Shown here: in pieces, positions 1 through 12,823 of the stretch
Layout of the letters: every line of letters begins with the position of its first letter
Position numbering within the stretch: position 1 is the first letter of the stretch
Source: Yuukianura sp. NJ FZ-2021
Taxonomy: Eukaryota
DNA: 64,000 nt
NCBI GenBank assembly: GCA_046563655.1
Contig: JAJCTO010000014.1
Location: 1 to 64,000 of the forward strand
Reading direction: 5' to 3'
The notes under the pieces: model-generated
What the model was told of the DNA's origin: nothing
Database searches by the model: none
The model's input: the letters and a program-made list of their open reading frames with translations, nothing else
Translations under genes and position numbers: made by a program

Positions 1-1615
1 ATTATTTATCTTAATAAAAAGAAAATAGCAAATACTAATTGCAATGGACAACTGTACACGCCAAAGACGCATGACAAGAATTTTGAATGAATCAATTGTA
101 CATTGTAGTATACCACTGCTGTGTATGCTAACTTTTCATTTCATAAACTCAAACTTATTGGAAATCTATGCCAGCGGACTACCTTCAACTCCCATATCCT
201 TTGTTCTTTGCCTCTCGTTTTTCGCTCTTTGAAAAAAAATACAAGAGGTAGAAGACCAAACAAACCCTACTGCGAAAACACGGTACGATACTTCGGTTCT
301 GACGAACTTGGAAACCCAAGAGTCTTGGGCCAAGAATACCAGCAAAAGTAGAGATTCCATGAGGAGATCAATCAGTTCTTGGATCAGGAAGCACGAGATC
401 TTCAACTTACTACTAATTCAATGACCGAATGACTACTGAATTCTGCATTACATTTCGAATAAAGGCAAAGATTGGCTGTACTATCTGAATTTAGCAAGGT
501 AAAAGAAGCTTTTTTCGTAAACATTTTAAGTAAGATGTCGATATCAAGTATTAAGGTGGTTATTTATTTACTGTGGTGTCATTGATTACTTACACATGAT
601 TACTGAATTTGTAGGTCAACTGGTATTTTGCTTGACAAGAACATTTATCTACGAATACTGCCATCTCCGCCACAAAATCGTCTCTTCTGCAACTTCGATC
701 AACAGAGAATTCTGATACAATCTTATCCTGGATGACAAGCGCTGGTCATGTTTGATTATAAATCAACCTCGGAGTAATCAGGAAAAGAAGACTCTTGCCT
801 TGACTGTCTTCGCTGTTTGTGAGACAGGTAAGGCAATGTTCTTTTGCTGAGGCTGATTGCTTGTTAATTGAAAATTACGCATAGCTTTGGCTTTTATGTT
901 TAGTTTAATGTCGACATGACCATTCTATCAGAACTGAAAGTGCATGTCATATCCATATCATTCATTATCAATGAAAATGACATAATGCCGCGTTGAAGTC
1001 CAATTCTTCAATTGGGCTTGAATCACCTTACCAGTCAACAATTTTACAATTTGGGGAGTACTATTGGCGGTAAGATAATTATCGTGCCAAAAAAGTTGGC
1101 TGGAAGAAATCATGTCAATGCGTATGATGTATTGGTGATATTTTTTATTTCTACTTCTAGTAGTTCGGGTCATCTTCCTCAGTAAAACAAGGGGGATATT
1201 TTCCTCACCGTGCAACTAAAATCGCGTATCTTACTAACCCGGAATTAGTACAAAACTTTACGGAGCGCGTTTTAGTTATGTGACATTTGGGCATAACTTA
1301 CTCTACCTAAGTTTCGTTTTTCGATTATAGCTGTAACATAGAAACTACTCTGTCTATGTTATAAAACACAGTCACAGAAATAAAAGTCACCTTTATCATC
1401 AGCTCTTACTTAGAAAGTAAGAACCGGAGTGTTTCTTTTCGCTTGTGCCTTTGCGCCAACAATTCTCAACTGAAATCTGAAAAGCACGGTTCCATTTAAT
1501 TAAGTTTAAGTTTAATTAAGCGAGTTAAGTATTAAACAGTTTGAAAAGTTTAACTAACACTTGAAATCCTTCATTGAGTTATTTTTCAGTTGCTTAGTTG
1601 GGAAGACGAAGGACA

Positions 1616-4600
1616 ATGGAAGCTGCTGGAGATTCAGGCGACCTTGAGGGCCTAGATGTTGGAACTTTTGGAAGTTTGCTGGAAGACGACGTAGAACAGA
1701 AGTTACTGGCTGCACTTACATCTTCCCTCAACGACAGTAGTGGCGAGGGAGACCTCAACGTGCTCGAAGAACTGGAACGGAATTTTCCAGATGAATTTGC
1801 CGCATTGTTTCAACAGTTACAAAATGACAGCAACCAAGAAGAATCTACTGAACATCAAATCCCAGAATCTACTGAAGATCAACTCCACACTCCTCCTCCA
1901 ACATCAGACGTCGCTGGCAGCGATCACACATCAATTCTTCCAATCAAAAATGAACCGTCTCCCTGTGTCGTCCCATCTCCAGCAGCACAAGAAATAGAAA
2001 TAGTGGATCTCGTTGACGAGGATGAAGACGAAACACGTCCCCTAACGACCGAAAACAACAACGACGTTTTTCGACAATCAAATGTCACGATCATCCAATC
2101 CGATGGTGGCATTACGGTCTGCCACGATGGGCAAGAAGGTGACTTACGACCGAAGAAGCCTCCAACTCCTGCCACACCTCCAGTGCAAGTATCAGCGCCA
2201 ACACCAAATCCAGTTCCAGAGAAAATACCAACTTCAGTAGTCAAAGTAGTCAAAATAGAGCAGCAAAACGTCAAAGTCAAAATGGACCTGATGGATCCAC
2301 TTCGTCATCATCACAAAGACAAAAAGAAAGACAAGGACAAAGATCGTGACAAAGACAAGGAACGTCGGAAAGAAGAGCGTGAAAAAGAGAAGGAACGTCA
2401 CAAGGATGGCCGCGAAAAAGAGAAGGAACGTCACAAGGAAGAACGTGAAAAAGAGAAGGAACGTCAGAAAGAAGAGCGTGAAAAAAAGAAACGCGAAAAA
2501 CAAGAGAAGGAACAAATTCAACTCCACATGAAACCACCTAGGCATCCAGCATTTGCCAAGCATCGGAAGAAGTTCGGCTTGGTGGATACTTCCGTTACGC
2601 TTATCAGACTCGACACAATCATTCCAGTTGCTAAGCACATGCGCCTCAAAAGGCGAAAGTTGACACACATTGAAGAAGTGGACAGGAAGAAGCAGACTCA
2701 AGTCAACAACAAAGCCGGTAGAATTCGAATGGTGCCTAGGCCGCGTCCAGCCTTCGAGTATGAAATTGAGACGAATAAACGGAAACACTCAGATTCAAAG
2801 TCAAAAGATGATCCGAAGCGGAAAAAAGTTAGAATCTTTTCCAGTAGTGAGTCGGATGAAGATGAACCTAGTTCAAAAAAACAGAAGAAAACTAATAGTT
2901 CTAGTAAACACAAAGAAAAGTCAAAACCACATGGAGAATTTACTGCCACGGGAGCCAGAATTTTACCATTTGAAAAGGGGCGGGGCAACCAGATTAAACA
3001 AGAGCAAGAACGAATCATCAAGAGACCAAAGATGGTTGAACCGGAAGTCAAAAAAGAAGTTAAGCGTGATCGTGTGATAAATCATGGTAGTGAAGAATCT
3101 GCTAAGAAGTTGGATTCGATTCTGCAAGAAGCAATTGCTCGCCAAAAAGCACAAATGAGACAACAAGATCAACAATTTAGGTGAGTTTGATCTAAAAAGT
3201 AGTTCACAATTTCTTAAAATTGGAGTAATTGAGTAATGACGATTAATTTTGTATAGGATTCCTAAGGCCAATGTCCCGCCAGCACCTTCCCGCCAATCAG
3301 AACTCGATGTTGGTCGTAACCGAGACAGGAAGGCGACAAACCACGAACCAGTTTCGACCACAACACCGCTGCAATTACTGCGAGAAAAAGAGAGGCGACA
3401 CTTTGACCATGGCCGAACGTACGCACCGAATAGCTACGGACACTATAAACAAATTCACAACAACTTCCCGGATTCTGGTCCAGGAGGAGGAGGAGTTAGT
3501 GCTATACCGGGCAGAATGTGCATAGGATCAGAAGAATTTAAACGCGCAGAAGCTGAACGCCTTCAACAAAGTCGTGTTTTGCAAGATAAACTGCTGATGA
3601 GAGCTGAAGTTCACAATTTCAGGGAAGACGATGACGGTCCAGCAGATATGCATGATGATGCTGGAAGCGACGATGACGAAGACGTAGCTCCAGACCCCCA
3701 AACCCAAATTCAAACTGTTCAAGTAGGACCGTTGGCCAAAAACGTTTGTGATCTCCTCATCAGAAGAGTAGCCGTCCAGTATCCCACTGCAATTCCAGCA
3801 TCTCCCTTTGTCCTCCCTGGAAGTCAACCGCCAAAAGAGCCTTCATTGGCTGAAATTACTGTGTGCAGAAATGTGCTTGGTGGTTCCAGGGCATTGACAA
3901 GCAAGTATCATTCTCCGCCATTTTGTCAGAACCAATCAATCCAGAGATGGACGACAATGCTCCACCGTCTGACGACGGAAATGAAACGGTGTCTTCCTTT
4001 GGTCATGTCAGTAATCCTGGAGCAGAGCCATGCCAGATCAATGAAATCACTACTTCATCAGACCGAAATGAAGCAGACGTCAAAGCAGAGTTTTGTGTAA
4101 GACTTTTTTTTGTTTTCCTTAATTAAGTTAGTACTTTAAGTTAGTTGGTTAATTGATGAGCTAATTGCGCAAAATGAACGAAGGGACTTTATAATTTCTG
4201 TGACTGTAAAAGAGGGATGAAAGCGGACTTAAGGGCACCGCTTAAATCGCTTTCTGCAATCTGTATTTTTTAATACTTGCGAGAAAAAACTTGTGCCGAC
4301 ACGGTTGTTTCTGTTTGGTTTTCAGGGAGCTGCACTCATTGACGCTCAATTTAGAATTTCTGCTGACGACAAGTTTCAAAAAGTTCTCGACTGCCCGCGA
4401 GGAACCAACTACAATCGTAAAACTTTCACGGTAAAAAATGACCCCCCATGAAAAGTGAATTTGAATTTGGAAATTTTGAATTTTCAAGTTTTTGTCTAAA
4501 TTCATAGGGAACTTGTACCATTTGCAAAGTTTTGCTCAAAAGCAAGGCGGAACTTGGAGCTCACGTTAAAAGTGAAGATCATCGTGCCAACTTTAAAAAG

Positions 4601-7600
4601 ATTTGTAAGATTTTAAACAAAAACGAAGGAATTGAGAAATTTTTGGTGATTTTTTTCTTAAATTGTCTGAATTTGACTAATTTTTAGCACTTACCATCAT
4701 GCCTTACGATCGATCTTTAGATCGCAGGCAATCGGAAGACCTTGTAGAGCGTGTTTCGAGGAATCCGCTGGTCCTGTCTCCCGTAAAACCGAAAGAAACT
4801 GTTCGTAATGGCGGAAGTCGAGGTGGTTCAAGTGGATCAAAAACTTCGAAAAAGGAAGAATCTAGTAAGAAAAGTAAAGATGATGGTTCGACTTCATCTA
4901 AGAAAGAGTCTAAAGAGAAATCCAAGGAGGATGGGAACAAGATCAGCACAAGTACGACTTCTTCCAAAGAAAAAGATGCTGGAAGAGACAAAGACAAAGG
5001 GAAGAAGGAAGACAAAGTTGAAACCGCTGGGAGGAGTGAGATATTTTCCAATTTACAAAGATTTAGTTAATGCTGCTAATTAATTTTTGCTTAAGTTTAA
5101 TTTATAACTACCATTTTCTTTGGCCCAGAGATTCATTCTTGCAAAGTTGGCCAATTTCTATCCAATCCAATCTCTTTGCATTGCTTTTTATATATAAAAA
5201 TTTTTGTTTTCAAAACGTATCGCAATGACCTTTGTGGGAAAACAGTATTGGTAAGCCTCCAGTGGACAAGGAGGCACCATGGTCCGGTGGTCACACCGGC
5301 TACCTTACTTTTTTCTACCCCACAGAGTGGAGGACGAGGTCGCAGTTCGAAACTCGGGTCAGTTCTCATACTGCCCGAAGGAAAAAAATAAGTAGAGCCT
5401 CACTGCAAGCTGAATTGCATAACTAAAAGTTGATTAGGTTAATTTGTTTATTTGTCCCTGGCTTGTGCAAGCATCCCTATTTCCCTAGGTTAGTCTCAAC
5501 TCAGTTTGCATCTTCTGTCTTGTTTGAGGCTTTAGCTTAGGGGGCCGAAGCTTAGGCGGTGCGGTCCTGTGGGAAAACAGTATTGGTAAGCCTCCAGTGG
5601 ACAAGGAGGCACCATGGTCCTGTGGTCACACCGGCTACCTTACTTTTTCCTACCCCACACCTTGACCTTGTTTTTGTTCCATCCTTGGTTTCATTTTCTC
5701 AAGTTTTGATTGGTTAAATGACTAATTATTTGTTGCTCTAATGGAATCAGGCAGTGAACATCGAAGAGACAGATCAAGATCTCCGTCATCAAGAAAACGA
5801 AGGACACGGTCGAGGTCACCCATTGAACTGAACGACCTAAGACATCGTTCTCGTCGGTCACCACACTACAGTAGAAGACGGTCCCGCTCAAGATCCAAGT
5901 CAAGATCACCAAGAAGACGAAGATCATCTCCAAGGAGACGCTCAACTTCCACAGAAAAAGTAGCCAAGTTCCTTGAAAGGACGAGGAGAAGTCGATCTCC
6001 GAGTAATCGTAAACGACGTTCGTCTCGTTCGCGTTCCAGAAGCATGAGTCCAAAAGTACGAATTCGGAGGAGCCGGAAGCATCCAGCGATTTTTCCGGAA
6101 AAGTTGAAACTCCAAGCAGATGGAAAATGGTTGCCACATCACGAAGAGAATTGGAGGCTGATGGAGGAAGAGGAAAAGGCGTAAGTGCAAATGTGCTGGA
6201 AAGTATTTTATTTTTAATACGTATAAAGTATGAAAGTATTTCTGCTATTATGTGTTGTTTTTAGTTTGGACAAGGAGATTGCTACTTTACGGGATGTTTT
6301 GTGTGAAGAGCCGGAGAAACATCCGGATTATGAGCGGGAGTGGCAAGCGTACTGGAAAAAAACTTATCATGAAGTGGAGATGAAAGGCCTCGATGCAGAT
6401 ACTTTCGACTATGTTCCGGGCTGGAAGGAAGAGTGGGCCAATCGTGCTAAAGATTTGGTTGAGCAGATGCATTACGACAAACTGTAAGTTGGAATTTTCC
6501 AATTTCGAATTTTATATTTTTGAAAACGTTTTGAAAACTGTAATGCGCTGTTCTAGTGGTGACATTCGTTTGAAATATGGAATGGACTTGAACTCCCTTC
6601 ATCGTCTCCAGTTCGATCTTCCTCCAGTAGTTGCGAGGCCTCCAGTAGATGCTTCAAACATGCTTGTCCAGCAGCAGCAAGTACTGGATCAACAGCCACC
6701 CCCACCAGGGGTTGACGAAATCTATACGCCCTTTGAAGACGATCTTCTGCCAAGGGCTATGTCACTTTCGAATTCAAGTGCTGGTGGAGACCCTGCGCCA
6801 TCAGGTTATTCACAACACTGCCAGCATGCTGATAATTTTCAATGACAATTTTTCATGAAAATGGAATTCTGGAATCTGAGATTTTTTTTAAACTAGGAAT
6901 GACTTCTGATCGGCTGGTTACGATTGACACGGTACAAAAGACTTGGGCACTACTCACTGGACAAGCCATTAACCCCCCACTTCCTCCGAAGTCTAACCTT
7001 TCTGGAAGTTCTGCGGGTAATTTGGATCTTGAAATGGAATTGCTTGAAGTACTTCGTCTCATGAATAGTTTGGAAGATCAACTCAGCATTTTGGCACCTC
7101 AGGTCGAAGAGTACTTCAAAATGGTACGTTTTGTAGTCAGAATTATCAAAAATCATGAGTCTATGAGACAATTTGGGTGTTTCAATTGACTGAGTTTTTT
7201 TTTTAATTCCAGGCAGAAACGATGGAACTGATATCAAGTCGGAAATCGTATGACTTATTGGAAGACAAGGACTTCGTTGCTCTCTTGTTTCAATGCAGAG
7301 ACAAGTTTATGTCATTGGTGAACTTTGAAATGAAAATAAGCTACACTTTTTGAAAAGTTTCTAAAAAAAAATGTTCTTGTTGTTCAAGATTCGTGCAAAC
7401 ATCCTGACACGAGAAGTTCTCAAGCGGATGAACAAAGCTGTCTTTGGGTTGACTTCTTTGCTGGATTCTGAACCATGTCAACGCCTTAGACCAAAACAAC
7501 TGAATGTTGAACTGGAAGCACCTACTGCACCAGCGGCGCCGCCAGCACCATTAGCAACACCAGCAGCAGCTCCAGCACCACCACCTCCTCCTCCAGTTCT

Positions 7601-9900
7601 TCCGTTGGAACCAATGCCAGATTTTGACTCACTTCGTCGTCCCGAACGTCGGTTTGACATTGATTATCGTTTGAACACATTGGCCACTACTAACATTCGT
7701 CAATTCGACCTCAACAAGGATGGGTGGGATATTCTGAATCGGATTCATGATGTACTCAGAGACTCAGCTGACCGAAACCAACGTTATGAACTTGCTGCGA
7801 TACTTGCCGAAAATATTGCAGCAAGACCAGTGGTAATGTCGGATAGAGAATTTGTAGACTACTTGGACAGCATACTGCAACCAAGTATTCAAATACTGCA
7901 AGCAAGAGCAAGAGAACTGGAAGCTGCCAGACGTCCAGAAGAGACTCCGTTTCGGATTTCATTGGAAGCACATTCTCAAAGAGAACTCGTCACTGGAGTC
8001 GGAACTGCTCTTCCGAGACTCGAGGAACTTCAATGCAGGTAATGAAGTTTTTAAACTTTTGAGTTTTCCAAAATTTCTGTTTTTTGAAATTTTGATTTTT
8101 CGGAATTCCAGAGCCATCCCAGCACCAGTACGTGGTCACATGGTGCAGCACTTTCAACATGTTCGTGGTGGAAGGCCGCCGCATATGGGAATGGGACCGC
8201 GAGGAAATCACTACAATGGACCACCCCAGGTACAGCACCCACGTGATAATTCATTTCATCGTCGCTAACCTAATTACTTCTCGTCAAAAATGAGTTCCAT
8301 CCGTAGGGTTTTCGTAGTTTTGAAAATGCCCGCTTTTTTTTCTGTCTAAACATTCGGATTTAAGATAACTTTACAGGAAATGTTAAATAAGAAAGTTATT
8401 GGTGGTGTTTGGACGGAGTTGCGTAATTTAAGGCTGAAATTGACCTGCTGAAGCTACAAAATACTTGAAAATGCTTGGGAGTATCAGAGCAAGTACTTTG
8501 CAGATCCACGCTCCAGCAACACTCTTCGTATATTTTATACCAGGAGAAGAAATGTACTGGAAGGAAATTTTAATTGAGAGAAACTACTGCAACCGATTAT
8601 GTTTTGAAGTAGTTATATAATTAATTGTAATTAATTAATTGTTATCAATTAATTACAGTTTTTGATAGAAGTGACATGCTGGTTTGTTAATGCATGTCTT
8701 CTTATGTAATTCTCTATTAGGATTATTGTTGAATAAATTATTACGCATGTCTTCTGAGTCGCCCGGTTTCAAGTTCCTTTTCTTAACCCGGTTTGCAAAT
8801 TGCAATAGAAATTGAACGCTGCGTAAAAATTTAATCGTCTTTAGACGCTGGATACCATATTAGCGCTGCTGCGCTTGCGCAAGCACTACTTTTGCGACTT
8901 TGAACAACTAGATTTTAGAATTTGAAATTCTAGTGTAGTATTGCAGTTGTTTCTAACTGAAAATGAATTATAAATGCATAAAGTTCAAAATTTTGAACAG
9001 TTCCACTGGGACTTCGCATTTTGAAAACTTAGCGTAGCATTCAACTGTGTTTATGTTTTTGAATTAATTCTGTTCTTTTTTTTTAATTAGTTTGGTCCAG
9101 ATGGAGCACCGTATATAACATCACCGCCGTTTCCGTCAAGTCCAAGACAAAGGAGTCCACGACCACCGAGAGCCTCGATGAGTCCAAGGCTGCGTCCACG
9201 GAGTTCCCCTGGCCTGGGAGACATTCCGTCACTTCTGAGTTGTGATTTGACACCGCCGCGGTTGACTAGTCCCATAAACGGAGAACTGACTGGAGCCAAC
9301 GCTTCACCGCTTGGTCCGTTCCGACGTTTCCCAAGACCTTCAACACCAGTACCTTTGATGCAACTGGAATTGATACTTCCTCCGGAATCATTCAAGAAGG
9401 AAACGGAAAATACACCGCCAGCACCTCCAATTCCAACAGGCCCACCGGAAGTATCGTGCCATCCGTATAACAGTAACGCACACCCAGAACCAGAGACGTA
9501 AGTTATGCAATAACTTTTAGTTTATAGTTAAACTAGTTCATAATTAAACATTTGAGGAGTGAAATTGATTTTTTTTTAATTTAGAATGTCGAAGGATGAA
9601 ACGGAGTCGATCGTAAGCTCAGGAAGTATTTGTGGTTCTGGAGCAAATGTAGCTGTGGATCGTCGTGTCAAAGTCAAGAGAGGAAGTCTGAGTTCAATCA
9701 GTAACGAAAGTGGACTGTCTGGACATCGATCCAAACTGAAAGAACTGAATCATCAGAGTACTGCTGCCGGAGGTGCTGGAAGTATCCATGACGACATTTC
9801 GGATGTGGAATCGGGCGAACTTGTGTCGTCTGAAGAAGACTTTGCACCAGTCACCACCAAGTCCGTCCACCAATCACATCGTGATCGTCGTCGTAGATGA
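1616..9900 (+). CDS. Large multi-exon nuclear protein, CG7065-like: acidic N-terminus, K/E/R-rich region, U1/matrin-type C2H2 zinc finger, RS domain, Trp-rich conserved domain, Pro-rich tail
   Basis: ORFs 1598-3184, 3249-4100, 4699-5070, 5741-6184, 6230-6487, 6842-7189 and 7371-8042 join through GT-AG introns. The exon at ~4508-4604 encodes CTIC-x12-H-x5-H. The exon at 5751-6181 is RS-rich. EEPEKHPDYEREWQAYWKK...FDYVPGWKEEW and LLEVLRLMNSLEDQLSILAP resemble arthropod CG7065 homologues as I recall them. The short form stops at 8268. The donor CAG|GTACAG at 8229 can splice in frame to exons at 9091-9498 and 9586-9900. Confidence 0.75.
5233..5324 (+). repeat. 92-nt intronic element, copy 1 (putative structured cis-RNA)
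   Basis: Matches 5568-5659 at 90 of 92 nt, and is self-complementary by manual folding. Confidence 0.9.
5568..5659 (+). repeat. 92-nt intronic element, copy 2 (putative structured cis-RNA)
   Basis: Direct repeat of 5233-5324 at an offset of 335 nt. The differences are G5286/T5621 and T5314/C5649. Confidence 0.9.
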
Positions 9901-10331
9901 GCTGCTGACCAATGAAGAGGAGATTTGGTCAAGAATTAGTCTGATCCCGTGAACGCTTGCGCTTCGTTGACTTTTCGTTTTTTAGAAAATATACTCTAAA
10001 AAGTTAGAACTTACCTAAAGAGCCATGTTCTGCCATTAGTCTTAGGTTAATTATATTTAGTTTGATTTTGTTTTTGACGAAACTTCATTTTGACCTTGAC
10101 GTTGTTGAAATTGAAGTTATTTCTTAGGTTACGTAGTAAATGTTAATCTAAAAACGAATTTTAATTTAACTTTGAAGAGAAAAGCAAGAGAGGGAGTGAC
10201 TGAAGAAGAACTTAAAGTAGGTTTAGCTTAAGCAGTTAAGCTAGTAAGTATAATTTCAACTACTATTTTTGGTCTAATTAAATTCTTATTAACAACTGGA
10301 CAGTGTAAATGTGCTGCTCAATATTGCTCCT

Positions 10332-12012
10332 TTACTCGCTCTTGCTCTTGGTATCGTCTTTGAAGTGAAGAAAGACACAAGAGAAGATGAGCAATCCAAC
10401 CATCATGGAGAAGGCGGAGGCATAGTATGGATATGCACTCGCAATGAATCTCTCGTACTGAGTGTGCTGAAGTGGTCGAACAGATACCTGTACAATTAAG
10501 TTCAAAAAGTAATTAAAAAGTGTTAATGAGGAAAAAATTGTAATGAAAATCGACTAAGTAGCACAAGTAGCAGTTGTTTGTTACCTGTGTGGCACTGCTG
10601 AGGAATGTGTATCCCTTACGGCTGTAGTCCACTTTGAATTGATAGACTCCGTAAACATCAGGAATCTTAAACTTGGCTTCATACTTTCCTTGTGCGTCCA
10701 CCTTTGTCAAAAAAGTCCGAACGAATGGATCAATTCGAACAAATTCCAACTGAATGTCCTTGGCAGTATAGCCCCTCCAGACTCCATTGTTCAACTCTTC
10801 GATGACAACAGAGTAAACAACGTCTTCCGTAATGGTGTAGGCTGCTGGGGGACTCTTTTCGCCTACTTTGTGATGCGTGACGTTACTTAGACGAAGGACT
10901 CCTTGTTCTTTGAACACCCATTGAGTGATGGCTTTGGACAAGTCTTCGTTTCCAGATTTCTCGATCTTCTTACCCTACAATTGATTTGTAAAGTATCTTC
11001 TTTATAGAGCAATACTACTGATTACAATTGTTTGATTGTGTTACCTCGAACTGTACTGGGCTGGAGAAGAATTTGTCGGAAAAGTATTCCAGCGATCCAG
11101 TAAAGACGACTCGTGCGTTGTTTCTAGCTTGAAGCCCGGCAATGAGAACAGTGTTTCTGCCAACAGTGTGAGGCACGTCAGCAACTGGCTTGCTTGGATC
11201 GTATGAATAAGCAGAAGAAGGTGCTCGTAGAATCGGTAAAACAAGGGGGTTGCTTGGATCCAAAAGTAAGCTTGTGCCTTCATATAACAACGGAGCTGGA
11301 GCTTTGACACCCACGATTGGTTTAGCGTCAATGAGATACTTGGGGTCAGCTACGACAGCGGTGTGCTGGAAGAAGTAGTAAGTGTTCAGAGATATGCTCG
11401 TTATTTGTAACATTAGCAGAATGTTTGATGCATACCTTTCCAGAGTCAGTAGTTGGGTTAAAATTGATGTGGTCAATGACATAAGAGGCGGGATCATCCA
11501 GTTCAATTCCAAACTCCGCCGCCAAGTCCCGAATGGCATCTCCAGCTGAGGAGCTTCCTGAAATTCGCAATTCAAATAAAAAAAATGAACGTTCTATTGA
11601 TGAAATTTTGATTAGACTGAAACATATACCAGCGACCAAGACATTCCCTTGGTTGTCCACAAATTCAGCAATGGCTTCAGGGCTCAGATCACCGCCAAAC
11701 TCTTCTGTTCCAGGAGCAAAGATAATGAGATGCTGGTATTGCCAAACTCCATACTTCTTCAAGGACAGTGCAGCTTCGTCGGACATTTTGAATGTCAATT
11801 TATAGCCAGAATCTAGGAACAACACAAGTATAAGTTTTACGTTCAACATATTTTCACATGCATAACAAACCTTGAAGGCCTTTGAAGAATTTGGAATGTG
11901 TGTCTTTGATGGCCATGTCATCCAGTAGAACAAGGGCATCTTTACTTGACTGTGTGTAAACGGGGACAAGGACGGCAAGGACTATGAGACCAAGTTTCAC
12001 TGCTGACTTCAT
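10332..12012 (-). CDS. DDOST: Dolichyl-diphosphooligosaccharide-protein glycosyltransferase 48 kDa subunit (OST48/WBP1)
   Basis: Signal peptide [16 protein letters not shown]. Conserved motifs [33 protein letters not shown] and [15 protein letters not shown] are present. The C-terminal transmembrane segment is followed by the ER-retrieval tail KSKSE-stop. Multi-exon. Confidence 0.96.
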
Positions 12013-12823
12013 CGTTAGCTCCAGGTATCTAAAATATTCAACAAGTTATTAGAATTAAACAGTGTTGATTGATTGAGCAGGAATCAAAAAAGTCAACCAT
12101 ACCTGTTAATTATCTCGAGGAGAAATCAGACCGACGATAAATGTAATCCAGCGTAACTCGAATTAATTGGTTTAGATCGATTATTAATTGACTTGATTAA
12201 GACCGGCACCGGCTCGTAACCTTCAAATGACAGCAAGACCAGCAGGCAAGGCAGGTCACAAAATTGTGTTGTGTTGTCCAATTTCAATTCTTGCGTCAAA
12301 ATTTGGTTGGTCCGATTTTTCAATGGGGAGGAGGAAAACTGAACGGCACAAAAAGCTTCCCTCTGCATACAAACCACCAGTCACACATGTGCATATTAAC
12401 TGTAAATATTGGATAAATATTTAAACAAATCAACTAATAAATATAGTAATATAGTTATAATATATATTTGTGTTACACTTAAAAATTTACATCACAATTT
12501 TGTATTTTAGTTATGTACATACTTAGATTTTATGTAGAATTATTTATTTCGCTGGTCAACGCCCATGAGCCTTGGAATGCAGAAACTTCCACATAAGCGA
12601 AGCGTTTTGTGTTTCCCAATTTCTTTTTTAAAATTGCTTTTGGGAATTTTTTGGCACATGACGGTATGGGATGAGAGAGAACACAGCTGATGCTTCAGTT
12701 TTTACATTACTTTTCGCATTCGCAATATCGCAATCATCAGTCAATCCGGCGATTAATCTTACGATTAGTCCAGTTGATTAATAAATTGTCTGACTACAGG
12801 TTATTAATTTTAAATTAAGTAAA
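12013..12823. promoter_or_regulatory. Divergent intergenic/promoter region between OST48 and MMUT
   Basis: The two start codons face away from each other about 810 bp apart. Both genes appear to have 5'UTR introns, and there is an AT-rich core at ~12400-12550. Confidence 0.5.

Noticed and set aside
1..1215. Short ORFs and splice-like sites at the window start
   Set aside because: I could not assemble a consistent reading frame or recognise a family on either strand.
2234..2788. Hydrophobic antisense ORF resembling a membrane protein
   Set aside because: It is the mirror of the K/E/R-rich repeat coded on the plus strand.
5560..5676. Y RNA, H/ACA snoRNA or purine-riboswitch interpretation of the duplicated element (GGTCC...CTTGACC..TTTTT; terminal ACA)
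   Set aside because: An internal T5-6 run would stop Pol III, the Y-like flanks are present in only one copy, there is no two-hairpin H/ACA layout, and riboswitch core nucleotides do not match.
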